Position numbers and translations under genes: made by a program
In this document: one piece after another, positions 1-7,929 of the stretch
How the letters are laid out: each line of letters starts with the position of its first letter
Numbering within the stretch: the first letter of the stretch is position 1
The notes under the pieces: model-generated
Database searches by the model: none
What the model was told of the DNA's origin: nothing
The model's input: the letters and a program-made list of their open reading frames with translations, nothing else
Virus record (IMG/VR): IMGVR_UViG_3300044712_000557
Span: 29,163 to 93,162 of that record
Source of the DNA: a virus
Strand: one strand, 5' to 3'
DNA length: 64,000 bases

Positions 1-4
1 TCTC

Positions 5-208
5 TTGCCGTCCATCGTGCTGCGCCATGATGGAGGCATCAATCCCAAGACGGGGAAGCCTGCCGTGCGATGGCTTGACGACATGCTGGCGCGCAGGATG
101 GAAGTTAGCCATGCCATGGTGCAGGCACTCTACGACAACCTTCCTGACGACCTGAAGGAGTCCGAGAAGGAGATCGTTCCTCTCATGGGGGTGAAACTGA
201 ATGTCTGA
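5..208 (+). CDS. partial C-terminus of a probable replication protein upstream of DnaB
   Basis: ORF runs off the window edge and overlaps the DnaB start. Confidence 0.4.
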   Translation: MPSIVLRHDGGINPKTGKPAVRWLDDMLARRMEVSHAMVQALYDNLPDDLKESEKEIVPLMGVKLNV

Positions 209-1550
209 AGAGGTTGTAGACCTAGATAACCCAGAGGTTCTCTTGATCGCCGGGGCCTTGATGAAGCCAGCCCTGGCGATCGAGGCGGCTCGCTACGTGA
301 CCCATGATGACTTCCAGGACCATCGTATCGGTCAGATCTGGGGGATCATCATCAAGATGGTCAACGACGGGCTCAAAGAAGACGAGATCGATATCGTAGG
401 CATTGCACATCGGTATAGTACGAACCCGAATGAGCAGCGGAATATCCGCATGCTCTGCTCTGCGATCACCGATGGGATGCCTCGTGCGACGTCCCTCGTC
501 CTGCTGGCCCAGCGAGTGCGACGTCGCGCTACGATGCGATTGGCGATGGGCGAGATCCGCAAGATCGCCGTCGAGCTTCAGTCGCAGATCACTTCCAACG
601 ATGGCGACATGCCAGACCTGGACCTGAGGCTGTCTGGGCTCTCGGTGGCCGTCCATACACGATCTGACCTAACCAAGAAGCGCACGCAGTACAAGGATCT
701 GGGCTCAGAGGTCAGTCGGTACTTCGACGGGCTCATCAGCGGGGATAAGGGACTCTACGTGCCCACGGGGCTCCCAACCCTGGACCGATACCTTGGTGGA
801 GGATTGCGCCCTGGGCAACTCCACGTCGTCCTAGGGGGCACGGGATCGGGCAAGACGGCCTTTACCTCGCAGCTATGCGATCGGGCCTCTCTGGCGGGCA
901 AGCGTGCCCTTATGTTCTCGATGGAAGTCGACCCCCTGGACGTCTACATCCGCGACGTGGAACGGGTAGCTGGGGTGAGCCGCTGGGATCTTAGGTCGAG
1001 GGTCCAGGCGGAACGTGAGGCGGCCCAGATGGCCCTCATGGAAGCCCAGAATATCATCCTCAACCAGCCTCGTGGGAAGACCGTATACGGGGAGCCGATG
1101 TCCCTGGAAGGGATCCGGCAGGCGGTCCTAACGGAGCGTGTCAGGGGCGGCAAGGTAGACATGATCGGTGTCGACCATGCCCAGGTAACTTTGCCTTCCG
1201 AGGGCGAGCTTCGTACGATGCCGCGCTATCTTCAGGTGAAGAGTACCGCTGAAGGCCTGCGCGCACTGGCTCGCCAGCTAGGCATCGCAGTCGTCTTGAC
1301 CGCTCAGTTGAATCCGCCACCGAAGGGTGAAGAGCCCACGATGGCGATGGTGCGCGAGTCCAAGGACATCAACAACGCCGCTGAAGTTGTCATGCTCATT
1401 TTCCATAAGAAGGAAGAGGAGCCGATGACAGGGCAGATGTTCATCTCAGAGTCCTGGCTCATCCTTGAGAAGGTGCGCGCTGGCCGCGAGGGGCGCATCG
1501 CTCTTAAGTATGACGGCAAGTGCTTCAGGTTTACGGAGGCTACGTTGTGA
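201..1550 (+). CDS. dnaB: replicative DNA helicase, DnaB family
   Basis: PTGLPTLD..LGGGLRPGQL, Walker A GGTGSGKT, FSMEV, VDHAQ, AQLN, EKVRAG motifs. Confidence 0.92.
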   Translation: MSEEVVDLDNPEVLLIAGALMKPALAIEAARYVTHDDFQDHRIGQIWGIIIKMVNDGLKEDEIDIVGIAHRYSTNPNEQRNIRMLCSAITDGMPRATSLVLLAQRVRRRATMRLAMGEIRKIAVELQSQITSNDGDMPDLDLRLSGLSVAVHTRSDLTKKRTQYKDLGSEVSRYFDGLISGDKGLYVPTGLPTLDRYLGGGLRPGQLHVVLGGTGSGKTAFTSQLCDRASLAGKRALMFSMEVDPLDVYIRDVERVAGVSRWDLRSRVQAEREAAQMALMEAQNIILNQPRGKTVYGEPMSLEGIRQAVLTERVRGGKVDMIGVDHAQVTLPSEGELRTMPRYLQVKSTAEGLRALARQLGIAVVLTAQLNPPPKGEEPTMAMVRESKDINNAAEVVMLIFHKKEEEPMTGQMFISESWLILEKVRAGREGRIALKYDGKCFRFTEATL

Positions 1551-2068
1551 GCATCGAAGAGAAGTTCGCCGAGGTCGTATCGGAAGGTGTAGGCCCTAGT
1601 GGAATCATCTGGCGCGATGAGGTTCGTCGCGTTGGCGATCTGCTCGAATGGCCCGACAACCCGCGTAGGATCACCGATGAGCAGGCAAAGCATCTGGCTA
1701 AGAGCATCGTCCTCTTCGGCTACGCGGATCCGATCCTCATCAACACCGACAACATGATCGTTGGTGGCCACATGCGGCTTCGCGTGATGCGTGTTGCGGG
1801 CATGGTGCATGACAACACCAAGATCGCGGTGCGAGTTCCTAGTAGGCCACTTGACCCAGAGGAATTCGAAGAGCTGGCGATCCGCCTCAACAAGAACGTG
1901 GGCACCTGGGATTTCGAGAAGCTCTCTATGAGCTTTGACCAGACCAACCTGCGCAATTGGGGCTTCAGCCCGATGGAGTTTGGTATGCAGAGTCAAGATC
2001 TGAAGCCCACCAAGCTCAAGCCTGCCCAACAGAAGACATGCCCTGAATGTGGAGCGATTCTTCCATGA
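1547..2068 (+). CDS. ParB/Srx-like nuclease-domain protein
   Basis: DNPRRI..SIVLFGYADPILIN..IVGGHMRL; C-terminal CPECG; GTG start overlaps the dnaB stop. Confidence 0.8.
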   Translation: MSIEEKFAEVVSEGVGPSGIIWRDEVRRVGDLLEWPDNPRRITDEQAKHLAKSIVLFGYADPILINTDNMIVGGHMRLRVMRVAGMVHDNTKIAVRVPSRPLDPEEFEELAIRLNKNVGTWDFEKLSMSFDQTNLRNWGFSPMEFGMQSQDLKPTKLKPAQQKTCPECGAILP

Positions 2069-2925
2069 CGCTAGAAGAGATGGCCATAGCACAGCTAGGT
2101 AGTACAATCCGTCGCTTACTTGTCAATCTCTCTCATGCCGAGGCGAAGACGGAGCAGGCACAGCAGCGGGTGGCAGAGCTGGAGCACCAGCTAGCGACCC
2201 ATCCGCAGCACGAAGCCTGCCCGAAGTGCTGGCTACGGCTACAGTCAGTACAGAAGCGCGCGGAGGCTGCGGAGGATCAAGTTCGCAAACTGTCCAAAGA
2301 GCGGGACAATCTGCTCGATCGTCTATTGGATGAGCAAACTCGAAATGAAGTGGAGCCTTCCGTTAGTGACTGTGGGCATGATTACAGTTGTGGGTTCTGT
2401 CGCGCAAGGCGCACTAGATTGGAGGCTGCGGAGCAGCGAGTGCGTAACGCCGATCAATCGGCGTCACATGCGCTAGCAGTGTCGGAGAAAGCGATAGGGC
2501 GCGCGGAGGCTGCGGAGGCTGAGGTGGAGCGGCTCAAGCGCCTGCTCGCGGAAGGGCACGAGCTGATGGCCGATCTGCACTCCACTCTGGCACAGACGCG
2601 GGCCGACCGAGAGGTGTACTTCAAGGCTGGGCAAGAGGCACAGCGTGACGTAGAGCAGGCACTGGCCGAGGTGGAGCGGCTCAAAGCCGAAGTCGGCATA
2701 GGCGCAGGCGTGAAGACGGCAGCCGAAGTGAAGGCACTGGAGCGCATCGCCAGTCTGGAGGCAGCGCTGGACAGGATCAACACCGAGGTTGAACTTCAGC
2801 TTCGCACTGCAACCGGCAAGGATGGCATGACTCACTACTTCCAAGGCGACGTTGCCGAGGTTGTGAAGCGCATCACCCAAGTTGTGCGCGAGGAGCGCAA
2901 GAAGGCGGGGGTGGGCCGTGGCTGA
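2065..2925 (+). CDS. coiled-coil hypothetical protein with repeated RAEAAE modules
   Basis: Long ORF with heptad pattern and internal DNA repeats GGAGGCTGCGGAG. Confidence 0.7.
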   Translation: MTLEEMAIAQLGSTIRRLLVNLSHAEAKTEQAQQRVAELEHQLATHPQHEACPKCWLRLQSVQKRAEAAEDQVRKLSKERDNLLDRLLDEQTRNEVEPSVSDCGHDYSCGFCRARRTRLEAAEQRVRNADQSASHALAVSEKAIGRAEAAEAEVERLKRLLAEGHELMADLHSTLAQTRADREVYFKAGQEAQRDVEQALAEVERLKAEVGIGAGVKTAAEVKALERIASLEAALDRINTEVELQLRTATGKDGMTHYFQGDVAEVVKRITQVVREERKKAGVGRG

Positions 2926-3089
2926 CGCTAAGCCAACATTGGTCGAGATCGACATTCGGCTGGAAACTCTCCAGCGAATCGCTGAGAGGCTCACGACAGG
3001 AAACGTCGCCCACGACGGGGCCGAACTCGCCGCCGCGATCCGAGCACTTCGCCGACGAATCGGAACGCGGGCGTTCAAGGAGGCCGATC

Positions 3090-3473
3090 GTGGCTGAGCC
3101 CAGCGTGTGCCCTCGCTTCGTAGTCCCGTGGGATGAGCAGCAGGGATTCAACCCAACCCGTGACGGAGATGTGTCCTGCGATGCTTGCGGTAGGCCACAC
3201 AGCGAGCACAAGGTGAAGACTCCCAAGCCAACCGCGCGCAATCTGGAGATGGCAGCGGAGTGGTATCTCGACACCATCCAGACCGTCTCGTCTTTGGCTG
3301 AAGTGATTGCCGTGGCCCGCGATGAGGTCCGCGCCGAGGAGCGGAAGCGGGCAGTGAGGATCATTCAACACGTGTTCGCTCGTGCGAAGAGAAACGAAAT
3401 TATGCTCAGCCCCCCCGTAATTGGACGCGCGATTGGGGAGATCCTGCGCCGCCTGCGGGAGGAGGGGGCGTGA
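3090..3473 (+). CDS. hypothetical protein with CxxC..H motif
   Basis: AAGGAGG RBS upstream; coupled to neighbours. Confidence 0.6.
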   Translation: MAEPSVCPRFVVPWDEQQGFNPTRDGDVSCDACGRPHSEHKVKTPKPTARNLEMAAEWYLDTIQTVSSLAEVIAVARDEVRAEERKRAVRIIQHVFARAKRNEIMLSPPVIGRAIGEILRRLREEGA

Positions 3474-3992
3474 GTCTCTGGCGAACATGGGTAGCTCCAG
3501 ATGATGGCTTGGTCACCTTCTGGAGCTACCGACGTCTTCCCGATGGAAGCTTTAAGGCTGATTTTGAGCTACAGCTCCCTTATGAGGAAGTGCTGGATCA
3601 GAATGGAAACACCCTTTCCGAGGTAGAGGTTGACGATGAGTGAGGCACTGGTCAAGAGGATCGAACAGCTAGAGGAGGCCTTGCGCTACATCAGGGACGG
3701 CTGGGACCACGACGAAGATTGTCATAGGTACTCCACTGCGTGCTTCATTTGCGTAGCCGATGAAGCTCTCAAGCCTGTGGTACTCTACGATACCAACCCA
3801 TTTACGGGGCATCCTGAATGTGTGAAGCAGTAGATACTACCGATAGCCGCTACCCTGGTTGGTACTGCTGTCGAGACAACACGTTCAACGGCGCTCGCGC
3901 CAAGGCATGCCGCGTCTGTAAGCATGCGAGGGACAACAAAGAGACTCCAGTGGTCATCCCACGTCCTCCGCGTAGGAAGAAGAGGATCGTGA

Positions 3993-4517
3993 GTGAAGCC
4001 ACGCCAGTGCAGCAAGTGCAGAAAGCCAAGCCTGTGGCGCAAGGTAAAGCCCGAAGGGTCAAACCGAAACAGATTCGAATGCGTAGAGTGCGGAAGTCCA
4101 ACAAGGCCGATTAAGGGGCTGCGCAAGAAGTCGTACATGCCGCCTGGGCTGTACGGCTATCGGCAGAAGGTGAAGGTGGCGAATGATCTTTGGCGACATC
4201 TCATCTACGCCAAGGCGAATGATGGTCGGTGCGCAGTCTGTGGAACCCAAAAAGGTCTACAGGCCATGCACCTATTCCCGAAGGGTCGCTATCCCCATTT
4301 ACGTTTCGAGCTGGACAATGGCGCTCCCGGTTGTCCAGGCTGCCACCGACGTCTCACTAACGATCACGAAGCCCATCGTGACTTTTGCATAAGGTATCTG
4401 GGCGCAGAGAAGTATGAGGCCCTCAGGCTCATGTCGATCTCGCGCGGGAAGGTAGATGTGGCGCTAGTGATTCTGCGTCTTCAGAAGTTGACCGATGAAA
4501 ACAAGCATAGCGGCTAA
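3993..4517 (+). CDS. NinG/Rap-like HNH recombination nuclease
   Basis: CAVCG..LQAMHLFPKG..LRFELDNG..CPGCH..F..YLG.EKYE.L. Confidence 0.8.
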   Translation: MKPRQCSKCRKPSLWRKVKPEGSNRNRFECVECGSPTRPIKGLRKKSYMPPGLYGYRQKVKVANDLWRHLIYAKANDGRCAVCGTQKGLQAMHLFPKGRYPHLRFELDNGAPGCPGCHRRLTNDHEAHRDFCIRYLGAEKYEALRLMSISRGKVDVALVILRLQKLTDENKHSG

Positions 4518-5064
4518 GCTATGGCAGCGCCCGCAGCCCACTGAAACGAAATTCGTTGATTGCTACGTATCGAGGCCAGCGCCGCTCATCATCAAGAAGA
4601 CTAGTGATCTCTGGAGCAATCCTAAGGTCTTAGTGGACAGCGAGATCAATCCGTACGACAAGGATCTCCTTCACTTCAAGCTGAACTATGTACTAGAGGA
4701 AACGAAGTACCAAGAGGAGATTGCCGTCTACTCAGAAGTCTCTCGCGAAGAGGCTGAGGCTGTACAGAAAGTCGTCCAGGACGAGATAGCCAAGATAGAG
4801 CGGAAGGCGGAAGAGCAGCAACAGGCGAAAATCGCCAGTCAAATGGCCGCCTTCGGCGCAGCCCAGCTTCAGAAGATGCAGGAGCAGCTAGTCGTTAAGT
4901 CGACGCAGGCGCAGCCATTCTTCGATTACTATGGAACTACGCATGGGTATCTACCCAAGCATACTGCAGTAGCTACTGCCCCTAAGATCGAGCCGCCCGT
5001 TGAGCCGAAGCCCGCATTCGAAGTGCCAGAAGAACCTAAGAGGTGGATGAAGAAAGATGGATGA
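4495..5064 (+). CDS. hypothetical protein
   Basis: 189 aa ORF overlapping both neighbours. Confidence 0.6.
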   Translation: MKTSIAAKLWQRPQPTETKFVDCYVSRPAPLIIKKTSDLWSNPKVLVDSEINPYDKDLLHFKLNYVLEETKYQEEIAVYSEVSREEAEAVQKVVQDEIAKIERKAEEQQQAKIASQMAAFGAAQLQKMQEQLVVKSTQAQPFFDYYGTTHGYLPKHTAVATAPKIEPPVEPKPAFEVPEEPKRWMKKDG

Positions 5065-5242
5065 AATGGAACGCTGGAAGGCGTACAAGACTTTCGTGGC
5101 CGAGTTGTATGACGCCCTGGAAGATGGAGAGTGGGGAATGATCGCCTGGGACGATGAGGACAAGGGTGACTTTCAGGAGGCGATCCGTACGGCTTGGGCG
5201 CGAACATTCCCGGTGGCAAATCCTAACACCAGGGAACCTTGA
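5057..5242 (+). CDS. hypothetical protein
   Basis: Last ORF before the tRNA array; coupled start. Confidence 0.55.
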   Translation: MDEMERWKAYKTFVAELYDALEDGEWGMIAWDDEDKGDFQEAIRTAWARTFPVANPNTREP

Positions 5243-5273
5243 CCCGTAGTGTAATCTGCTAGTTAAGGACGTT

Positions 5274-5345
5274 GGGAGTGGGTGCTGAGCACGGGGCAGC
5301 CTCCAAAGCTGAACCGGCAGGGTTCGATTCCTTGCACTCCCGCCA
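5274..5345 (+). tRNA. tRNA-Trp(CCA)
   Basis: GGGAGTG/CACTCCC-G-CCA; CAGC-CTCCAAA-GCTG; short D arm. Confidence 0.85.
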
Positions 5346-5454
5346 TCCTGCTCGTGCCGAGAAGGGCATGAGAGCCAGTTGGAGGATGTAGCTGGCACGG
5401 CGCGCACTGATCGCCGGGATGTCTTTGACAACGCGGATCGTAAGTAACTACTGA

Positions 5455-5528
5455 GCGGCAGTGGTGTAGCGATAGCACGCGATTCTGCCAAGTTCGCAGT
5501 GCGGGTTTAACTCCCGCCTGCCGCTCCA
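5455..5528 (+). tRNA. tRNA-Gly(GCC)
   Basis: GCGGCAG/CTGCCGC-T-CCA; loop CTGCCAA. Confidence 0.85.
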
Positions 5529-5537
5529 AATTCGTAT

Positions 5538-5628
5538 GGGGGGTTAGCCTCAATCTGGTAAGGCACCCGGCTGTAACCCGGCGGTTGGTCACCATGCCAT
5601 CGTGGTTCAAATCCACGACTCCCCACCA
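5538..5628 (+). tRNA. tRNA-Tyr(GTA)
   Basis: CCGG-CTGTAAC-CCGG; long V arm; CCA. Confidence 0.9.
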
Positions 5629-5634
5629 TTCAGC

Positions 5635-5708
5635 GCGTCCTTGGTGTAGCACTAACACGCTATCCTTCCAAGTTAGAGTCGAGGGTGGGACTCCCTCAGG
5701 ACGCTCCA
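5635..5708 (+). tRNA. tRNA-Gly(TCC)
   Basis: GCGTCCT/AGGACGC-T-CCA; loop CTTCCAA; atypical T loop. Confidence 0.8.
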
Positions 5709-5778
5709 TCACAGCTAGGGCAAGAACGCGCCTAGCTAGCCGTGCCCCCGTGGTCCAGACTGGCCAGGGGGTTCGTTC

Positions 5779-5852
5779 GCCGCCCTAGTTCAATAGCAGA
5801 ATGGATCCTTGGTAAGGATCTGACATCGGAGCGTAACCGATGGGCGGCTCCA
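5779..5852 (+). tRNA. tRNA-Thr(GGT)
   Basis: GATCC-TTGGTAA-GGATC; GCCGCCC/GGGCGGC-T-CCA. Confidence 0.88.
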
Positions 5853-5853
5853 T

Positions 5854-5928
5854 CCCTCACAGGTGTTATGGCAGCATTCCAGGCTCTTAACCTGCGCGGT
5901 CAGAGTTCAAATCTCTGGTGGGGGACCA
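5854..5928 (+). tRNA. tRNA-Lys(CTT)
   Basis: CAGG-CTCTTAA-CCTG; T arm; CCA. Confidence 0.88.
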
Positions 5929-5933
5929 AATTC

Positions 5934-6011
5934 GCGAGTGTGACGGTAACTGGCAAACCTAGCAGGTCGAGAGCCTGCTGTTTGTGGGTTCAACTCCCAC
6001 CGCTCGCACCA
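5934..6011 (+). tRNA. tRNA-Leu(GAG), short variable loop
   Basis: GCAGG-TCGAGAG-CCTGC; A73; CCA. Confidence 0.85.
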
Positions 6012-6012
6012 T

Positions 6013-6088
6013 GCCAGCGTACTCCAACAGCAGAGAGACGCGACTCAGACTCGCGACAGTGGTGGTGCGAATCCACTCGCTGGCACCA
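6013..6088 (+). tRNA. tRNA-Leu(CAG), short variable loop
   Basis: CGCGA-CTCAGAC-TCGCG. Confidence 0.88.
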
Positions 6089-6089
6089 T

Positions 6090-6165
6090 GGCGCACTATC
6101 CCAACGGCAGAGGAACGGGTCTTAGAAGCCCGCAAGTCTGGGTTCAAATCCCAGGTGCGCCACCA
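6090..6165 (+). tRNA. tRNA-Leu(TAG), short variable loop
   Basis: CGGGT-CTTAGAA-GCCCG. Confidence 0.9.
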
Positions 6166-6258
6166 ACCTGACGTGCTTTGCGCCTATGACTCGTGATCCT
6201 TGAGGGGAGGGACACGACGAGGATGCGCTCCTTAAGCAAGAGTGAAACATTCCCTCAT

Positions 6259-6334
6259 CGGCACGTAGCCCAACGGCAGAGGCAGCAGCCTTAAAACCTG
6301 CTCAGTGAGAGTTCGAATCTCTCGGTGCCGACCA
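6259..6334 (+). tRNA. tRNA-Leu(TAA), short variable loop
   Basis: GCAGC-CTTAAAA-CCTGC. Confidence 0.85.
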
Positions 6335-6335
6335 T

Positions 6336-6413
6336 CGCCGACTGATGTAACTTGGCAAACATCCTCGTCTCAAAAACGAGGTCTTCTGGGTTCAACTCCC
6401 AGGTCGGCGACCA
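6336..6413 (+). tRNA. tRNA-Leu(CAA), short variable loop
   Basis: CTCGT-CTCAAAA-ACGAG. Confidence 0.9.
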
Positions 6414-6430
6414 TCTTGATTCTTCATGAA

Positions 6431-6509
6431 GGGGTACGAGAGAGCTTGGCGTTCTCTCTGCGTTGTCAGCGCAGGTAATCGGTGGGTTCAAATCCCACGT
6501 ACCCCGCCA
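6431..6509 (+). tRNA. tRNA-Asp(GTC)
   Basis: CTGCG-TTGTCAG-CGCAG; G73; CCA. Confidence 0.9.
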
Positions 6510-6525
6510 TGAGTAATCAAGAAGC

Positions 6526-6598
6526 AGGGGCAGGAGTGGGTTCGAATCCCACCATGAATGCGGGAGCGTTCGTGTGGTGTATAGGAAGCACGTCCCCT
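6526..6598 (+). ncRNA. circularly permuted tRNA-like module 1 (YrlA-like topology)
   Basis: T arm GTGGG-TTCGAAT-CCCAC, then acceptor hairpin CATGAATGC-GGGA-GCGTTCGTG, then D arm GTGT-ATAGGAA-GCAC; closed by AGGGG/CCCCT. Confidence 0.75.
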
Positions 6599-6609
6599 TA
6601 AAAGCATAA

Positions 6610-6726
6610 GCGGGTGGAGCGGTTCGACTCCGCACTGTCGCAGTGTCCTAGGAATCACACAGAGTGGTCATGCCCACGCGAAAGGCGCTCTGACGTGACA
6701 GCTTAGTGTAACGGTAGCACACCCGC
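6610..6726 (+). ncRNA. circularly permuted tRNA-like module 2
   Basis: GCGGGT/ACCCGC closing stem; T arm GCGG-TTCGACT-CCGC; CTGTCGC/GTGACAG acceptor enclosing a 53-nt insert; D arm GTGT-AACGGTA-GCAC. Confidence 0.75.
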
Positions 6727-6878
6727 ACATACCAAAGCACACACGAATGATCTTCCGATGCGTGCGCTCTACGGCTCTGCAGGGCCGGCGATACGAAGAT
6801 CATATTAGCCCCGTGGTACGAGCGCTGTGGAGCGCCTGTGGCCACAGCAGCGCAAACGGCCACGGGGTATTACAATTC

Positions 6879-6952
6879 GGGCGACGAGTAGGACGGGAAT
6901 ACGGCTGGTTTGCACCCAGCAAGACAGGGTTCGACTCCCTGGTTGTCCACCA
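6879..6952 (+). tRNA. tRNA-Ala(TGC)
   Basis: GCTGG-TTTGCAC-CCAGC; G3:U70. Confidence 0.9.
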
Positions 6953-7125
6953 AATACTGCCAGCGGTGATGCTGGTTGTGGGGATGCCGGCTATCCCACG
7001 GCGACTTCTTTGCGTGAGTGGAGCAATAGTAGTCGCAGATTAGTCCGGCCAGCGTGAAACGCAAGGTCACTCCTTAGTGACAGGGGGATCCGGCAATGCC
7101 TGAGGCATCCAGTACTCCCCCATTT

Positions 7126-7202
7126 GGCCTCGTCTTCTAACTGGTCGAGGATACTGCCCTCTCAAGGCGGCGATACCGGTTCGATCCCGGTCGAGGCTAC
7201 CA
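7126..7202 (+). tRNA. tRNA-Glu(CTC)
   Basis: CTGCC-CTCTCAA-GGCGG. Confidence 0.9.
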
Positions 7203-7217
7203 TCCGATAGGAGACGA

Positions 7218-7568
7218 ATGTCGTACGATCATAAGTTGTACATGAGAGAGTGGTACAAGAAGAACAAGAAGAAGCACGTTGGGTACGTTTCTTCTTCCAA
7301 GTCTTCTGTATGCCTCTACATCGACAACGCAAAGAGGTGCCCATGTTCCGACTGCGGGAAGACTTACCCCACTTATGTGATGCAGTTTGATCACGTCCGT
7401 GGTCGTAAGTTGGTAGCTCTCTCAAGAGCTGCCCAAAGCGGGCTTGGGATGCAAAGAGTCAAAGACGAGATAGCAAAATGCGAGGTTGTGTGCGCGAATT
7501 GCCACGCCGAGCGAACTCATCAAAGGTTGTTGTTGCGGGGTAGGGCAGTCCCTACACAAGTCTCATAA
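7218..7568 (+). CDS. HNH endonuclease (free-standing, in tRNA array)
   Basis: CSDCG..FDHVRG..KCEVVCANCH; AGGAG RBS. Confidence 0.88.
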   Translation: MSYDHKLYMREWYKKNKKKHVGYVSSSKSSVCLYIDNAKRCPCSDCGKTYPTYVMQFDHVRGRKLVALSRAAQSGLGMQRVKDEIAKCEVVCANCHAERTHQRLLLRGRAVPTQVS

Positions 7569-7606
7569 ACTTGATGGCGAGCGTGCAACTCGCTCCTCCG
7601 CTCCCA
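7534..7606 (+). tRNA. tRNA-Met(CAT), initiator-like acceptor stem
   Basis: TGCGGGG/CTCCGCT with 1:72 mismatch; CAAGT-CTCATAA-ACTTG; CCA. Confidence 0.72.
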
Positions 7607-7607
7607 T

Positions 7608-7682
7608 GGTTCTCTAGTGAAATGGCCATCACGACAGGCTTACACCCTGTTATTCAGAGTTCGAATCTCTGGGGAACCACCA
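7608..7682 (+). tRNA. tRNA-Val(TAC)
   Basis: ACAGG-CTTACAC-CCTGT. Confidence 0.9.
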
Positions 7683-7683
7683 T

Positions 7684-7757
7684 GGCAGTCCAAGATGGAG
7701 TTTCAGGCGCGCTCATAACGCGTATCTGGGCAGGTTCGAATCCTGCGGCTGCCACCA
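7684..7757 (+). tRNA. tRNA-Met(CAT), elongator (Ile2 not excluded)
   Basis: GCGCG-CTCATAA-CGCGT; GGCAGTC/GGCTGCC. Confidence 0.85.
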
Positions 7758-7840
7758 TCTACGGTTAGAAGTAGGCCCACTCAAATGAGAGCGACCCAGC
7801 GGAATTGCTAACCGCTCATCGGTTGCGTGTGGGTCTACTT

Positions 7841-7916
7841 GTGGCCGTAGTGTTAACGGTAAGCACGGGGAGTTGTGGCCTCCCTAGTCGCAGTTCAAAT
7901 CTGCGCGGTCACCCCA
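7841..7916 (+). tRNA. tRNA-His(GTG)
   Basis: GGGAG-TTGTGGC-CTCCC; C73; no encoded G-1. Confidence 0.9.
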
Positions 7917-7929
7917 ATTGAGGAGAGAG

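Noticed and set aside
2256-2690. Direct repeats GGAGGCTGCGGAG and GAGGTGGAGCGGCTCAA as CRISPR or DGR repeats
   Set aside because: They are in-frame coding repeats (RAEAAE, EVERLK) with irregular spacing; no cas or reverse transcriptase gene.
3490-3530. 12-bp perfect inverted repeat GGTAGCTCCAGA
   Set aside because: It lies inside a probable short ORF with no U-tract; no function can be supported.
6566-6642. Reading D arm 1 plus T arm 2 as one normal tRNA
   Set aside because: The acceptor strands (GTTCGTG vs CTGTCGC) do not pair, the anticodon region is irregular and there is no CCA; the permuted pairings fit much better.
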